Shown here: positions 19,885 to 29,628 of the stretch, piece by piece
Layout of the letters: every line of letters begins with the position of its first letter
Numbering within the stretch: the stretch's first letter is position 1
Program-made: the position numbers and the translations under genes
From: Candidatus Omnitrophota bacterium
Lineage (GTDB): Bacteria; Omnitrophota; Omnitrophia; Omnitrophales; Aquincolibacteriaceae
Assembly (NCBI GenBank): GCA_043803685.1
Contig: JAZDJU010000005.1
Location: 11,579-75,578 of the forward strand
Direction of reading: 5' to 3'
Length of the DNA: 64,000 bases
Notes under the pieces: generated by a model
Database searches by the model: none
What the model saw: the letters and a program-made list of their open reading frames with translations, nothing else
What the model was told of the DNA's origin: nothing

Positions 19885-19913
19885 TTGACCATGCCGAAGC
19901 CTTCCTGTATACT
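19885..19913 (+). promoter_or_regulatory. Putative sigma70 promoter
   Basis: TTGACC-N17-TATACT, ending 17 nt before ATG 19931; no SD. Confidence 0.65.
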
Positions 19914-19930
19914 GCCGCCACTTTGACCCT

Positions 19931-21367
19931 ATGAAAACCTATCTCCTCAATCCAACGATCGACAAGAGCGACCCGTACATCCGTGAGGGGCGTTGCATGC
20001 AAAAAGCCTCTTCCTGGGCCACGATCTGGCCGCCGATCACCCTGGCCGTCCTCGCGAATCTGGCCAAGGAAAAGGGCTCCGTGCGTCTTGTGGACGGGAA
20101 TGTCGAAGACCTGAGTATCGAGGAGCTCTTTGAGGACATCAAGGATTTTGGCCCGGATCTTCTGGTGATCAATACCGGTTTTCCTTCGATCGACGAGGAC
20201 ATGGCGGTCGCCAAAAAGATCAAAGAGAAGTTCCCGAAGGTCAAACTCGTGGCTTTTGGTGTCTTTTTTACGCTTCTGGAAGGGGAAGCGATGAAATCCT
20301 ATCCCTTTCTCGATCTGGCCATCCAGGGGGAGCCTGAGCAAACATTCCGTGAATTGCTGATCTCTCTTGAAAAGGGCGGAACGGGCCTCGAAGGTATTCC
20401 CGGTCTCATGCACCGGACCGGTGGGGAGCTGTTTGTGAACGCCAAACGGCCTCAGATCACGGACCTGGACACGATCCCGCGTCCTGCCCGCGAGTTTCTC
20501 AAGAATGACCGCTATCGCCTACCTCATAACGATAATACTTTCACGCTGATCAATGTCGCAAGGGGATGTCCTTTCCCTTGCATCTATTGCATCGTTCACC
20601 CTTATTACGGTAATAAAGTCCGCAAACATTCTGTTTCGTACGTCATGACCGAGATCCGGGAATGTATCGAGAAACACGGCGTTCAGGAATTCCTCTTCTG
20701 GGAGGAAGTGTTCACGCTGGATAAAAAGTACGCCATGGAACTGTGCCAGGCGATCCTTGATAATGGTTTTTCTTTTAAATGGGCCGCCACGACGCGCGTC
20801 GGGCTTTTGGATGAAGAACTTCTTACGATGATGAAAAAGGCCGGCTGTTATTTGCTGGGGCTTGGGATCGAGAGCGGTGTCCAGGAGATCCTGGACAATG
20901 CCAAGAAAAATCAGACCCTGGACGATATCCGGAAAGCTGTCGCGCTTTGCAAGAAAGTTGGCATTCGTACCATGGGTCACTTTATCTTTGGACTTCCGGG
21001 GGAAACGCGCGAAACGGCGGAGCAGACCATCCAGTTTATGCTGAGCCTGCACCTCGATTACATGCAAAGTTATTGCGCGGTGCCGTATCCTAAAACAGAG
21101 TACGGCGCGCTCGCTAAGGAAAAAGGATGGGTGAAGCCGGTTCCGTGGTCGCAATATGACTTTGGAGGCACTTCGATCGTGAATATGGGGACTCTCACGC
21201 CGGAAGATGTCACTTATTTCCGGGAACGGGCGTTCAAGAAGTTCTATTATCGTCCGCTCTATTTACTCGGCAAGATCCGGGAATTTTCGCTCCACCAGCT
21301 TTTCACACTTTCCAAATTCACGCGCTGGATGAAGTCCCGAAGAAAGAAAAGAAAGGTCGCGGTCTGA
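19931..21367 (+). CDS. B12-binding radical SAM protein
   Basis: N-terminal Rossmann-like domain with PPITLA and GEPE; RGCPFPCIYC; GIESG, FIFGLPGET. Confidence 0.9.
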   Translation: MKTYLLNPTIDKSDPYIREGRCMQKASSWATIWPPITLAVLANLAKEKGSVRLVDGNVEDLSIEELFEDIKDFGPDLLVINTGFPSIDEDMAVAKKIKEKFPKVKLVAFGVFFTLLEGEAMKSYPFLDLAIQGEPEQTFRELLISLEKGGTGLEGIPGLMHRTGGELFVNAKRPQITDLDTIPRPAREFLKNDRYRLPHNDNTFTLINVARGCPFPCIYCIVHPYYGNKVRKHSVSYVMTEIRECIEKHGVQEFLFWEEVFTLDKKYAMELCQAILDNGFSFKWAATTRVGLLDEELLTMMKKAGCYLLGLGIESGVQEILDNAKKNQTLDDIRKAVALCKKVGIRTMGHFIFGLPGETRETAEQTIQFMLSLHLDYMQSYCAVPYPKTEYGALAKEKGWVKPVPWSQYDFGGTSIVNMGTLTPEDVTYFRERAFKKFYYRPLYLLGKIREFSLHQLFTLSKFTRWMKSRRKKRKVAV

Positions 21368-21368
21368 T

Positions 21369-22520
21369 ATGGAAGTCAGCGTTATTATTCCTTGTCTCAA
21401 CGAATCACGTACCCTCGCGACGTGTATCAAGAAAGCCTTGCAGGGCATTCGAGCTGTCGGAGCGGAAGGGGAAGTGGTGGTGATCGATAATGGCTCGACC
21501 GACAATTCCCGCGAGATCGCCAAGGCTGAAGGCGCGCGTGTGGTCCAGGAGGAGGTCAAGGGCTACGGGAGCGCTCTCCGGCGGGGCATCCTCGAAGCGC
21601 GAGGCACTTATGTCATTATGGCGGACGCCGACGATACCTACGATTTTCTTCAAGCCGGAAAATTCATTGAGCTTCTTCGCGGTGGCGCGGAGTTCGTGAT
21701 GGGAAACCGGTTCGGCGGGAAGATCTATCCCAAAGCCATGCCGCACTTGCACCGCTGGTTCGGAACGCCCGTGCTGACATTTATTCTGCGGCTCTTTTTT
21801 AAAGCGCCGATCTCCGATGTGAATTGTGGGATGCGCGGTTTCCGCAAGGACGCCGTGGAACGCCTGGGGCTGCGCTGTACCGGCATGGAATTCGCCTCCG
21901 AGATGCTCATCAAGGCGAGCATGGAGAAGCTGAAGATCCAGGAGACGCCGATCGATCTTCACGCGGGACCCCCGGACCGCAAGCCGCATCTCCGCTCCTT
22001 CAGGGACGGCTGGCGTCATCTGCGTGTCATGCTGGCGCTTTGTCCTAAATATCTTTTTGTTTATCCCGGATCGATCCTGAGTTTGTTGGGACTTTTGCTG
22101 CTTGTGGCGGTGCATATCCCCGGCTTTAAAGTGTTCGGAATGTCGCTCGGGATCTCTTCGGCGGCTTTCTCGAGCGCGCTATTCTTTATGGGGATCCAGA
22201 TCGCTCTCTTTGGCGTTTACTCCATCGCTCTTAATCATGCCAATGGCATTCTTAAGGAGGACCGGATCACGCGTTTCTTCAAAACCACGTTCACGTTGGA
22301 ACGAGGGCTTGTCCTTGGGGGGATCATTTTGGCGGCGGGTCTCGTGATGGGGATCACCACGATCGGTCTTATTTTTACCTACGCGCACAATCTTTCCTAC
22401 GTCGATATTCCGCTTGCCCGTTTGGCCATTCTCTCGATCTTTGTGACCATGATCGGGATCCAGGTCGTCTTCTCGTCGTTTTTTATCAGTCTCGTCAATA
22501 TCCGTGAAATGCTCAAATAG
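21369..22520 (+). CDS. GT2 (DPM-like) with C-terminal TM helices
   Basis: SVIIPCLNE, DNGSTD, GYGSAL, MADADDTY, GMEFASEM, FRDGWRHL; hydrophobic C-terminus. Confidence 0.88.
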   Translation: MEVSVIIPCLNESRTLATCIKKALQGIRAVGAEGEVVVIDNGSTDNSREIAKAEGARVVQEEVKGYGSALRRGILEARGTYVIMADADDTYDFLQAGKFIELLRGGAEFVMGNRFGGKIYPKAMPHLHRWFGTPVLTFILRLFFKAPISDVNCGMRGFRKDAVERLGLRCTGMEFASEMLIKASMEKLKIQETPIDLHAGPPDRKPHLRSFRDGWRHLRVMLALCPKYLFVYPGSILSLLGLLLLVAVHIPGFKVFGMSLGISSAAFSSALFFMGIQIALFGVYSIALNHANGILKEDRITRFFKTTFTLERGLVLGGIILAAGLVMGITTIGLIFTYAHNLSYVDIPLARLAILSIFVTMIGIQVVFSSFFISLVNIREMLK

Positions 22521-22531
22521 CGACGGTTCTT

Positions 22532-24397
22532 ATGGGATTTGAGCTCCTGCGCACCTTTGCCGCATGGATCGTGATCCTGCCTTCCGCTTTCCTCGCCGGG
22601 ACTTTTTTTGACCGACTCATTCGCACGGACGATTCGTTGCTTTGCGGATTTCTGCGCTACGCCCTTGGATTGGCGACCCTGTCCTATGGCGTTGTGGCGC
22701 TAGGCGCCGTGCACGGGCTAGCGCCCTTCAGCCTCTGGGCGCTGCTTTTTCTGCCGATCCTCCTCCGCATCCATAAATTAAGGGAATGGTCTCAATGGTT
22801 CAAGGACCTGGTCGGGGACCTTTTTCCTCCCGCGGGAATGTTGAATCGGGTTCTTTTTGTGATCTTCGCTGTTTCCTTTCTGTGCCTTCTTGCCGGAACG
22901 CTCACGCCGGAACTTGGCGGGGATGCCCTTTGCTACCAGTTGAATCTTCCCAAGGTTTTTCTTCGGCAGGGGACGCTCACGCCGGATCCGCTTGATTACA
23001 ATTCTTTTTTTCCTCTTTTGATGAACAATCTGTTCTTGATCGGTCTCGCGACAGGCGGGGTTTTCGCAGCGAAGCTGTTCCACTTCTTTTTTGGCGTTCT
23101 TCTCCTCGCGGCGATGGTCCGTGTTCTGAAAGATGAAACCCGGAATTACGCGCTGTCCCTTTTCATCGCCCTTGTGGTTTGGACGACGCCGACGGTTTAC
23201 AATCTGCTGTCCACCGCGTATATCGACGTGGCCCTGACTTTCTATACCTTCATGGCCGTTGTGGTCTTTGTCCGGGCCTTGGAGGCGGGAAGTCCTCGGG
23301 GGCTTTTTACGAGCGGACTCTTGATCGGGTGCGGCATGTCCATAAAATATCTCTGCGGTATTTCCGCGGTCGCTCTGTTCTGTGTCTGGCTCTATAGCCT
23401 GGCCGGCACCCGGCGTTTTCGGTTCCATTTCAGGGGCGCCTTTTTTTTTGGTTTGGGAGTGTTGGCGGTGGCCGGCTACTGGCTCGTTCGTAATGGACTC
23501 GTGACAGGGAATCCCTTTTTTCCATACTGGGGGAAATTCTTTGGCGTCGAAAGTCGTCCCATGCCCGATTTTTCATCGATCTTCGGCTACGGCACATCCT
23601 TTTTCCATTTTCTCTCGCTGTATTTTAACATGTTCTATTCTCCGAACGATTTCGGGACTTTTTCCGGTCGTATCGGTATATTTTATTTTCTGTTCCTGCC
23701 TTTTATCGTTCTGGGAGCGATCTTTGTCCCGCGTTCACGGCCCTACGGTATCTTCTGGCTGAGTTTCACGGCGGTGATCTTTTTTATGGCCCAGGCTGAT
23801 CGTTGGATGCTTCCTGTGTTGCCGGTGATGGCGCTTACCGCAGGTCTTGGGATCCACGGTTTGTACGGTTATGGCTCGGGGGCGTTCAAAAAGATCCTGA
23901 AATTTGCAGGAGCAGGAACCGCGATCACTATCCTTCTTGTCTATATGGCGGCCGGTGTTTATCATTACCGCTATGCCTATTTGCTTTTCACCAGTAAATG
24001 GTCTCCGAAAGATTATCTGTCTTCCCTGGAACGGACGACGGGTGTTGCTCAGTGGATCAATCAAAATCTGCCAGCCGATGCCCGGCTCCTTGTCGAGGGT
24101 GAGACGCGAATCTTTTATTTCGACCGGCCGGTCGTACGTCAGACCTTTTTGGCGTGGCATGAAAAAGACACCGGCCATTTGCTTGATCCGGAAACGTTCT
24201 TGAACGTTCTCAGACGGCAAAAAGTGACACACGTTCTTATTCGCCAGCCGGTGGGGGATAGCGCGGACTTTTCGGAGGTTTCGCCCGAGGTGAAGAACCT
24301 TTTGAGATCGCGCCAGGTCCGGCAGATCTATTCCGGTGAATCTCAGAACATTCGTGAAGCTCGTTATCAGTACTCGATATTCCAACTTCTTTCTTAA
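22532..24397 (+). CDS. GT-C fold membrane glycosyltransferase-like protein
   Basis: Multi-TM; DALCYQLNLPK, AYID, IKY, RNGLVTGNPFFP, RWMLP. Confidence 0.75.
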   Translation: MGFELLRTFAAWIVILPSAFLAGTFFDRLIRTDDSLLCGFLRYALGLATLSYGVVALGAVHGLAPFSLWALLFLPILLRIHKLREWSQWFKDLVGDLFPPAGMLNRVLFVIFAVSFLCLLAGTLTPELGGDALCYQLNLPKVFLRQGTLTPDPLDYNSFFPLLMNNLFLIGLATGGVFAAKLFHFFFGVLLLAAMVRVLKDETRNYALSLFIALVVWTTPTVYNLLSTAYIDVALTFYTFMAVVVFVRALEAGSPRGLFTSGLLIGCGMSIKYLCGISAVALFCVWLYSLAGTRRFRFHFRGAFFFGLGVLAVAGYWLVRNGLVTGNPFFPYWGKFFGVESRPMPDFSSIFGYGTSFFHFLSLYFNMFYSPNDFGTFSGRIGIFYFLFLPFIVLGAIFVPRSRPYGIFWLSFTAVIFFMAQADRWMLPVLPVMALTAGLGIHGLYGYGSGAFKKILKFAGAGTAITILLVYMAAGVYHYRYAYLLFTSKWSPKDYLSSLERTTGVAQWINQNLPADARLLVEGETRIFYFDRPVVRQTFLAWHEKDTGHLLDPETFLNVLRRQKVTHVLIRQPVGDSADFSEVSPEVKNLLRSRQVRQIYSGESQNIREARYQYSIFQLLS

Positions 24398-24408
24398 GGT
24401 TGATCCCT

Positions 24409-25320
24409 ATGTCTACTTCCACGCGTGACCCGAAGCTGATGGCTCTTACGAAGTGCCCGTTGTGTCACGGCGCTAGACGCAAGCGGCTTTTTGTGCTCGA
24501 TCAGTACGACGTTTACGAATGTTCCGGCTGCCGCTTGAGGTACATCGATCCTTGCCTTTCGCCCGAGGGGACCCGGTATTATTATTCCTCCGAGGAAACG
24601 CTGATGGAGCTGAACGCGTTTCATAGCTCCTATTACGATTTTGGGGATCCAAACGCGAATTCCAAAACAGTCCGCGATTTTACGCGGACTCTCAAGGCCC
24701 TTGAAAAGGACCTTCGGGATGGAGATCGGAAGATCTTTGATGTCGGTTGCGGTAATGGTCTTTTTCTCGCGGTCGCGAAAAAACGGGGATGGAAGGTTTC
24801 GGGCTGTGAGCCGAGCGAGAGTAACGTAGTGTTGGCGAAGTCGAAATTTGGGGTGGATATCCACTGCGCTGACTTTGATGTTTTTGTTCCAACCGATGAA
24901 AAATATGATGTGATCTCGTTTTGGGATGTCCTGGAGCATCTTGTGGAGCCGAGCGCATTTATCGACAAAGCCCGGGGCATGCTAAAATCCGGCGGAAGGA
25001 TCGTGGTGGGGGGGCCGAACGACCGGAGTTTCCTCAGGATCCTGGCTTCCTGGATCTATGCCCTTACGGGCGGACGAGTGCGTGGCCCCTTGCAAAAGGC
25101 CTACCTTTTGGAGCATGTCACGTATTACACGAATGCTACGATGTCGAGACTTTTTGAAAAGCACGGTTTTGTTCCGGAATCCTCTCTTGTGTCTAGCACC
25201 GACAGCGCGAAATATCATCTGACGCTTCCGGAAGCGCTCATGGCCAATTCGGTTTTGACGGTCGGAAAATGCCTGGGTCTTCAAAACCGGATGATCGCCG
25301 TATTCCGGGCGTGTGTTTAA
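24409..25320 (+). CDS. Class I SAM-dependent methyltransferase with N-terminal Zn-ribbon
   Basis: CPLC..CSGC, FDVGCGNG, WDVLEHL, LKSGG. Confidence 0.85.
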   Translation: MSTSTRDPKLMALTKCPLCHGARRKRLFVLDQYDVYECSGCRLRYIDPCLSPEGTRYYYSSEETLMELNAFHSSYYDFGDPNANSKTVRDFTRTLKALEKDLRDGDRKIFDVGCGNGLFLAVAKKRGWKVSGCEPSESNVVLAKSKFGVDIHCADFDVFVPTDEKYDVISFWDVLEHLVEPSAFIDKARGMLKSGGRIVVGGPNDRSFLRILASWIYALTGGRVRGPLQKAYLLEHVTYYTNATMSRLFEKHGFVPESSLVSSTDSAKYHLTLPEALMANSVLTVGKCLGLQNRMIAVFRACV

Positions 25321-25348
25321 TTGACTTTTGCGGTCAAAACTCTAGAAT
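25321..25348 (+). promoter_or_regulatory. Putative sigma70 promoter with overlapping inverted repeat
   Basis: TTGACT-N16-TAGAAT; TTGAC-N7-GTCAA; ATG at 25360, no SD. Confidence 0.55.
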
Positions 25349-25359
25349 GTGCGACTATT

Positions 25360-26064
25360 ATGAACATTGCTTACCGAGCTGCTCGTAAACTCTATTATCT
25401 GACCATCGGAAAAAGTCCCGTCTTGGACCGCTTTTTCCGTTATCGGGGGAACCCCCAGGACTATTGGGTCAAGCGAGGGGGGCAGACGTATTTCGAAGAG
25501 CAGGAGGCGGTCGAGGACCGCACTCAGCGCAGTCAATTTATCGCCCAAGAGATCAAACAAATCTCTTTTGGTTCCTTGCTAGAGATCGGCTGCGGCTATA
25601 GCAAGCAACTGAAAAGCATGCAGTCTCCGGGGATGTCGTTCTTTGGCTGTGATTTCAGCCGGCCACAACTTTTAAAGGGCAAAGAATTCTTCCCGTCCAT
25701 GGTCGGGCGCGTGGCCGAAGCCGATGCGGAGTTCCTGCCTTTCAAGGATAAATCGTTCGATGTGGTGATGTCTTCCGCGGTGATCCTGCACAATAAACAT
25801 CCCAAGGCTAAGAGGATCATTGCTGAGATGATCCGTGTTTCCCGGAAATACCTGGTCCACAACGAGGATATGGACATCACTTTTTCACGGTACGGATACA
25901 ATTTGACCAAGACCTACGCGGCCATGGGGTTCAAGATCGTTGCGTCGAAAGAGATTCCCTGTTCCCAAGACCCTGAGCACACGCAATTCACGATCGCGGA
26001 GATCTCGTCGCCGGGTCTCATCGTAAGGCCGGAAGAGGTTGCTCTCCGGTATCACAAAGACTAG
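25360..26064 (+). CDS. Class I SAM-dependent methyltransferase
   Basis: LEIGCGY, CDFS, ADAEFLPFKDKSFDVV, EMIRVS. Confidence 0.82.
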   Translation: MNIAYRAARKLYYLTIGKSPVLDRFFRYRGNPQDYWVKRGGQTYFEEQEAVEDRTQRSQFIAQEIKQISFGSLLEIGCGYSKQLKSMQSPGMSFFGCDFSRPQLLKGKEFFPSMVGRVAEADAEFLPFKDKSFDVVMSSAVILHNKHPKAKRIIAEMIRVSRKYLVHNEDMDITFSRYGYNLTKTYAAMGFKIVASKEIPCSQDPEHTQFTIAEISSPGLIVRPEEVALRYHKD

Positions 26065-26068
26065 TTCC

Positions 26069-26830
26069 ATGAAGACGATCGTGGTCGTTCCGACCTACAA
26101 TGAATCCCAGAATATCGTTGAGCTTGTTTCCACGATCCGCGCGGAATGCCGGAATTTCGATCTCCATATCCTCGTGGTGGATAGCGCCTCTCCGGACCGG
26201 ACGGCGGACAAGGTCCGTGAACTTCAAAAAAAAGATCCTCGGCTTTTCCTGTTCGAACAATCGGCCAAGCTCGGTCTGGGACGCGCCTATCTGGATGGGA
26301 TGAACTGGGTCCTGAAGCAGGACTATGATGCCCTGGTCACCATGGACGCGGATATGTCACACCATCCGAAATATCTCGTTCCCATGATCGAAGGGGTCCA
26401 AGACCATGATCTTGTGATCGGTTCGCGGTACATGAAGGGGGGCGGGCTTGAGAATTGGCCGGTCGCGCGCCAGTGCCTGAGTCGATTCGCGAATTGGTAC
26501 GCGAGCACTTTGACAGGGCTTCCGTTCCATGACCTGACAAGCGGTTTTCAATGCTTTCGCACGACACTTTTGCGAAAGGTCCTCAGCCACAATATCCATA
26601 CGGAAGGCTACGCTTTCTTAGTCGAGCTTAAATTTCTATCCATGGTCCAGGCGGCCCACTTCAAGGAGATCCCGATCATCTTTACGGACCGTACTCGGGG
26701 GACCTCCAAGATCTCCAAGCGCGTGATCCTGGAGTCCATGTTTTTTGTTCTCAGCTGTTTTTTCCGGCGCCACCTCGTTTGCCAGGCCCGCTCAGGTGCG
26801 CAATCCTCAAGGAGTTCCTTGCCGGAGTAG
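26069..26830 (+). CDS. GT2, polyprenol-monophosphomannose synthase (Ppm1/DPM1)-like
   Basis: VVPTYNE, VDSASPD, KLGLGRAY, MDADMSHHP, DLTSGF, GYAF, DRTRGTSK. Confidence 0.9.
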   Translation: MKTIVVVPTYNESQNIVELVSTIRAECRNFDLHILVVDSASPDRTADKVRELQKKDPRLFLFEQSAKLGLGRAYLDGMNWVLKQDYDALVTMDADMSHHPKYLVPMIEGVQDHDLVIGSRYMKGGGLENWPVARQCLSRFANWYASTLTGLPFHDLTSGFQCFRTTLLRKVLSHNIHTEGYAFLVELKFLSMVQAAHFKEIPIIFTDRTRGTSKISKRVILESMFFVLSCFFRRHLVCQARSGAQSSRSSLPE

Positions 26831-26858
26831 GTTCGCGGGCCCTTTCATGGAGACGGCA

Positions 26859-28415
26859 ATGCTGAAGTCTCGCGTTCGTATCCTCGTAGCAACGATCCTT
26901 TTGGCCTTCGTTCTCGGTATTCAGTTGATCGGGATCCAACGGCCTTTTTTGGGTCACTATGCGAGCTATCAGGGGACTGTGATGGCGTCGATCGCTCGCA
27001 ATATGGTCCGCGAAAATTTTTCCGATATTTTTATGCCTAAGACCGACTCCATTCTCGAAGGACGCCGCTCTCTGCACTTGAATCAATATCCGCTCCCGTC
27101 TCTTTTGGCGGCGCGCGCGGTCAAGTTCCTCGGCGGGACGTATGAACTCTGGGGTCGCTTTCAGGCGATATTTTTTAACCTTCTTTCCGTTCTGCTCGTT
27201 TTCGGCATCGCGCGGCGTTTTTTCGACGAAAAGATCGCCTGGCTGAGCGCGGCTATTTATGCTCTGTCGCCTTTGACCGTTATCTACGGGCAAAGCTTTA
27301 TGTCAGAATCCAGCTCGCTTTTCTTTTTCCTGGGTTCATTTTATCTTCTGATCGGACGCCAGGGATGCGGATGGGCTCAAGTCCTTCTGAGCGCCTTGTT
27401 TTTTTCGCTGGCGATCACCGGCCGGCTGCACTGGATACTGTTTTTCCCTTTATTCATTGTTCCTCTCTGGTGGGCGGGACCCGAGCAAAGGTCGCGGAAG
27501 TTGTTCTTTTTCGCCGTTCTTGCCTTGGCGCTTCCGGTGGCTTGGTATGCTCATACTTATTTTGCTTCTTTGAACACCCCGCATGTTCATACGAATCTTT
27601 TCTTGCAAATGGCGACGAGCCAGAAAGGATCGGCTTTCTGGTTCCGGCCGGAGCTTTACCGGGCGGTCGCGATCACTTTCGCGAAAAATATGTTCGCGGT
27701 GATAGCGCTTCCTTTCTTTTTATTGGGTATTCCCAAAGCCCTACAGAGTCGGGAGGGAAGACTTTGCTTATGGGCGGGACTGGGTGTGGGAGCGGTCCTG
27801 ATGTTCCTTTCCCCTGAGAAGTTGATCCATCACGACTTTTATTTGTACGCGATCTTTCCTTTTCTCGTGCCGGTCACGGCGCTTGGAGTTGTTGGAATGG
27901 CTGAGCGATTCCCTAAAAGGGCCATAGCCTTGATCGCCGCGTTTATGACGCTACTCGTGCTGGCTTCCGCGATTTTCTCCTCCCGAACGATTTTTACTGC
28001 GCCCGAGGATGAAAAGAGAATGTGGAAAATAGCCGAGCGTGTTCGAGAGATCACGCCTCCCGAAGCGCCGATCGTGATAGGGAGTGAGAATTCCGCGATC
28101 ATTGTTTTCTACGCGGACCGTCCCGCTTGGAATCTTGCGGCAAGCGCTGTGGGAAAGAAAGACCGTTCCTATTTGAGCATGACCCGGTTTACCGGACGGG
28201 ATAAAAACTCGCTGGAGAAATTTGAAAAGGCCCGCCAGAGTCCCGCGGATTGGCTGGAGTATCTCAGGACGCAGGGGGCGGCCTATTTTGTGGTGCCTGA
28301 GCCCGATGCGTTTGGAGGATTCCCGGATTTCTTGCCGTATGTGGCCGCTCGCTATAAGGATATTTCGGACAGTCCTAAGAATTACCACCTCTACGAACTA
28401 AAGAATCTCACCTAG
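26859..28415 (+). CDS. GT-C fold (ArnT-like) membrane glycosyltransferase
   Basis: Multi-TM; SIARN, YALSPL..YGQSFMSE, HHDFY; start placed at the ATG after a GGAG SD. Confidence 0.75.
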   Translation: MLKSRVRILVATILLAFVLGIQLIGIQRPFLGHYASYQGTVMASIARNMVRENFSDIFMPKTDSILEGRRSLHLNQYPLPSLLAARAVKFLGGTYELWGRFQAIFFNLLSVLLVFGIARRFFDEKIAWLSAAIYALSPLTVIYGQSFMSESSSLFFFLGSFYLLIGRQGCGWAQVLLSALFFSLAITGRLHWILFFPLFIVPLWWAGPEQRSRKLFFFAVLALALPVAWYAHTYFASLNTPHVHTNLFLQMATSQKGSAFWFRPELYRAVAITFAKNMFAVIALPFFLLGIPKALQSREGRLCLWAGLGVGAVLMFLSPEKLIHHDFYLYAIFPFLVPVTALGVVGMAERFPKRAIALIAAFMTLLVLASAIFSSRTIFTAPEDEKRMWKIAERVREITPPEAPIVIGSENSAIIVFYADRPAWNLAASAVGKKDRSYLSMTRFTGRDKNSLEKFEKARQSPADWLEYLRTQGAAYFVVPEPDAFGGFPDFLPYVAARYKDISDSPKNYHLYELKNLT

Positions 28416-28478
28416 GGTGTTCCATCGTCGCGACTCCGGGTCCCTCGTTGCTTTATGCGATTTCTGACGTGGTTACGC

Positions 28479-28507
28479 TTGCAATGGGGGTGGTGTTGTC
28501 TTATAAT
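28479..28507 (+). promoter_or_regulatory. Putative strong sigma70 promoter upstream of the heptose-like cassette
   Basis: TTGCAA-N17-TATAAT in the 220-bp intergenic region 28416-28635. Confidence 0.7.
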
Positions 28508-28635
28508 TCCACCTCCGATGTTCGTCGATTTTCGCTGTGATGGAACGTCTTTTGTCCATTAGAGTTGCGTGCCATAAGACGAGTGTTTTCCGGTCTTTTT
28601 CTTTATAACCAGTTGCCCCAAAGAGAGATAGCTGA

Positions 28636-29625
28636 ATGATTCATGCCATAGTGACCGGTGGAGCGGGTTTCATCGGAAGTCATCTGGTGGAACTTTTGTT
28701 GCAGGAAGGCTATCAGGTCACGGTCCTGGATAACTTTTCCACGGGACGGCGGCAGAATTTGCAGCATCTCGCTCACTTCAAAACGCTTGCCGTCCATGAA
28801 GTGGACATCAGTTCCCTTGAGTCGATAAAACCTCTTTTTCAGAACGTGGATCATGTTTTTCATCTCGCGGCGCTCGCCGATATCGTCCCCTCCATTGAAA
28901 AGCCGATCGCCTATTACCAGGCTAATGTAAGCGGGACCGTAGCTGTTTTGGAGGCATGCCGGGCGGCGGGAGTCAAGCGTCTCGTCTATTCCGCCTCCTC
29001 CTCATGTTATGGCCTCGCTAAAGAATATCCCACAACGGAAGCCGCGAAGATCGCTCCCGAATATCCGTACGCGCTGACCAAAAACCTTGGCGAGCAGTGC
29101 GTGATGCACTGGAACAAGGTTTATGGACTGCCGGCGATGGCGCTCCGTCTTTTTAATGTCTACGGACCCCGTGCCAGGACTTCGGGGACCTATGGCGCGG
29201 TCTTCGGTGTGTTCCTGGCGCAAATGCTCCACAAAAAACCGTTCACCGTCGTCGGTGACGGGACGCAGACCCGTGATTTTGTCTATGTGGCCGACGTTGC
29301 GAAAGCATTCTGGAGAGCCGCGAATTCCAATGTCTCAGGAGAAGCTGTCAATATTGGTTCCGGGAAGCCTGTCAGTGTCAACCGCATTACCGATATCCTT
29401 GGCGGAGAAGTAGTATTTGTTCCCAAACGTCCCGGGGAGCCGGACATCACGCACGCCGATATTACGAAGGCCCGCACACTCCTGGGCTGGGAGCCCACCG
29501 TTAAGATCGAGGAGGGCATTGGCAAGCTCATGGACAACATGAAGGATTTTGAGAAAGCCCCGGTCTGGACCCCGGATTCCATACGCGAAGCGACCAAAAC
29601 CTGGTTTACCTATTTGAAAGGTTAA
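28636..29625 (+). CDS. NAD-dependent nucleotide-sugar epimerase/dehydratase (extended SDR)
   Basis: TGGAGFIGSH, HLAALADIVPSI, SASSSCYG, YALTK, FNVYGPR, DGTQTRDF. Confidence 0.9.
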   Translation: MIHAIVTGGAGFIGSHLVELLLQEGYQVTVLDNFSTGRRQNLQHLAHFKTLAVHEVDISSLESIKPLFQNVDHVFHLAALADIVPSIEKPIAYYQANVSGTVAVLEACRAAGVKRLVYSASSSCYGLAKEYPTTEAAKIAPEYPYALTKNLGEQCVMHWNKVYGLPAMALRLFNVYGPRARTSGTYGAVFGVFLAQMLHKKPFTVVGDGTQTRDFVYVADVAKAFWRAANSNVSGEAVNIGSGKPVSVNRITDILGGEVVFVPKRPGEPDITHADITKARTLLGWEPTVKIEEGIGKLMDNMKDFEKAPVWTPDSIREATKTWFTYLKG

Positions 29626-29628
29626 TGC

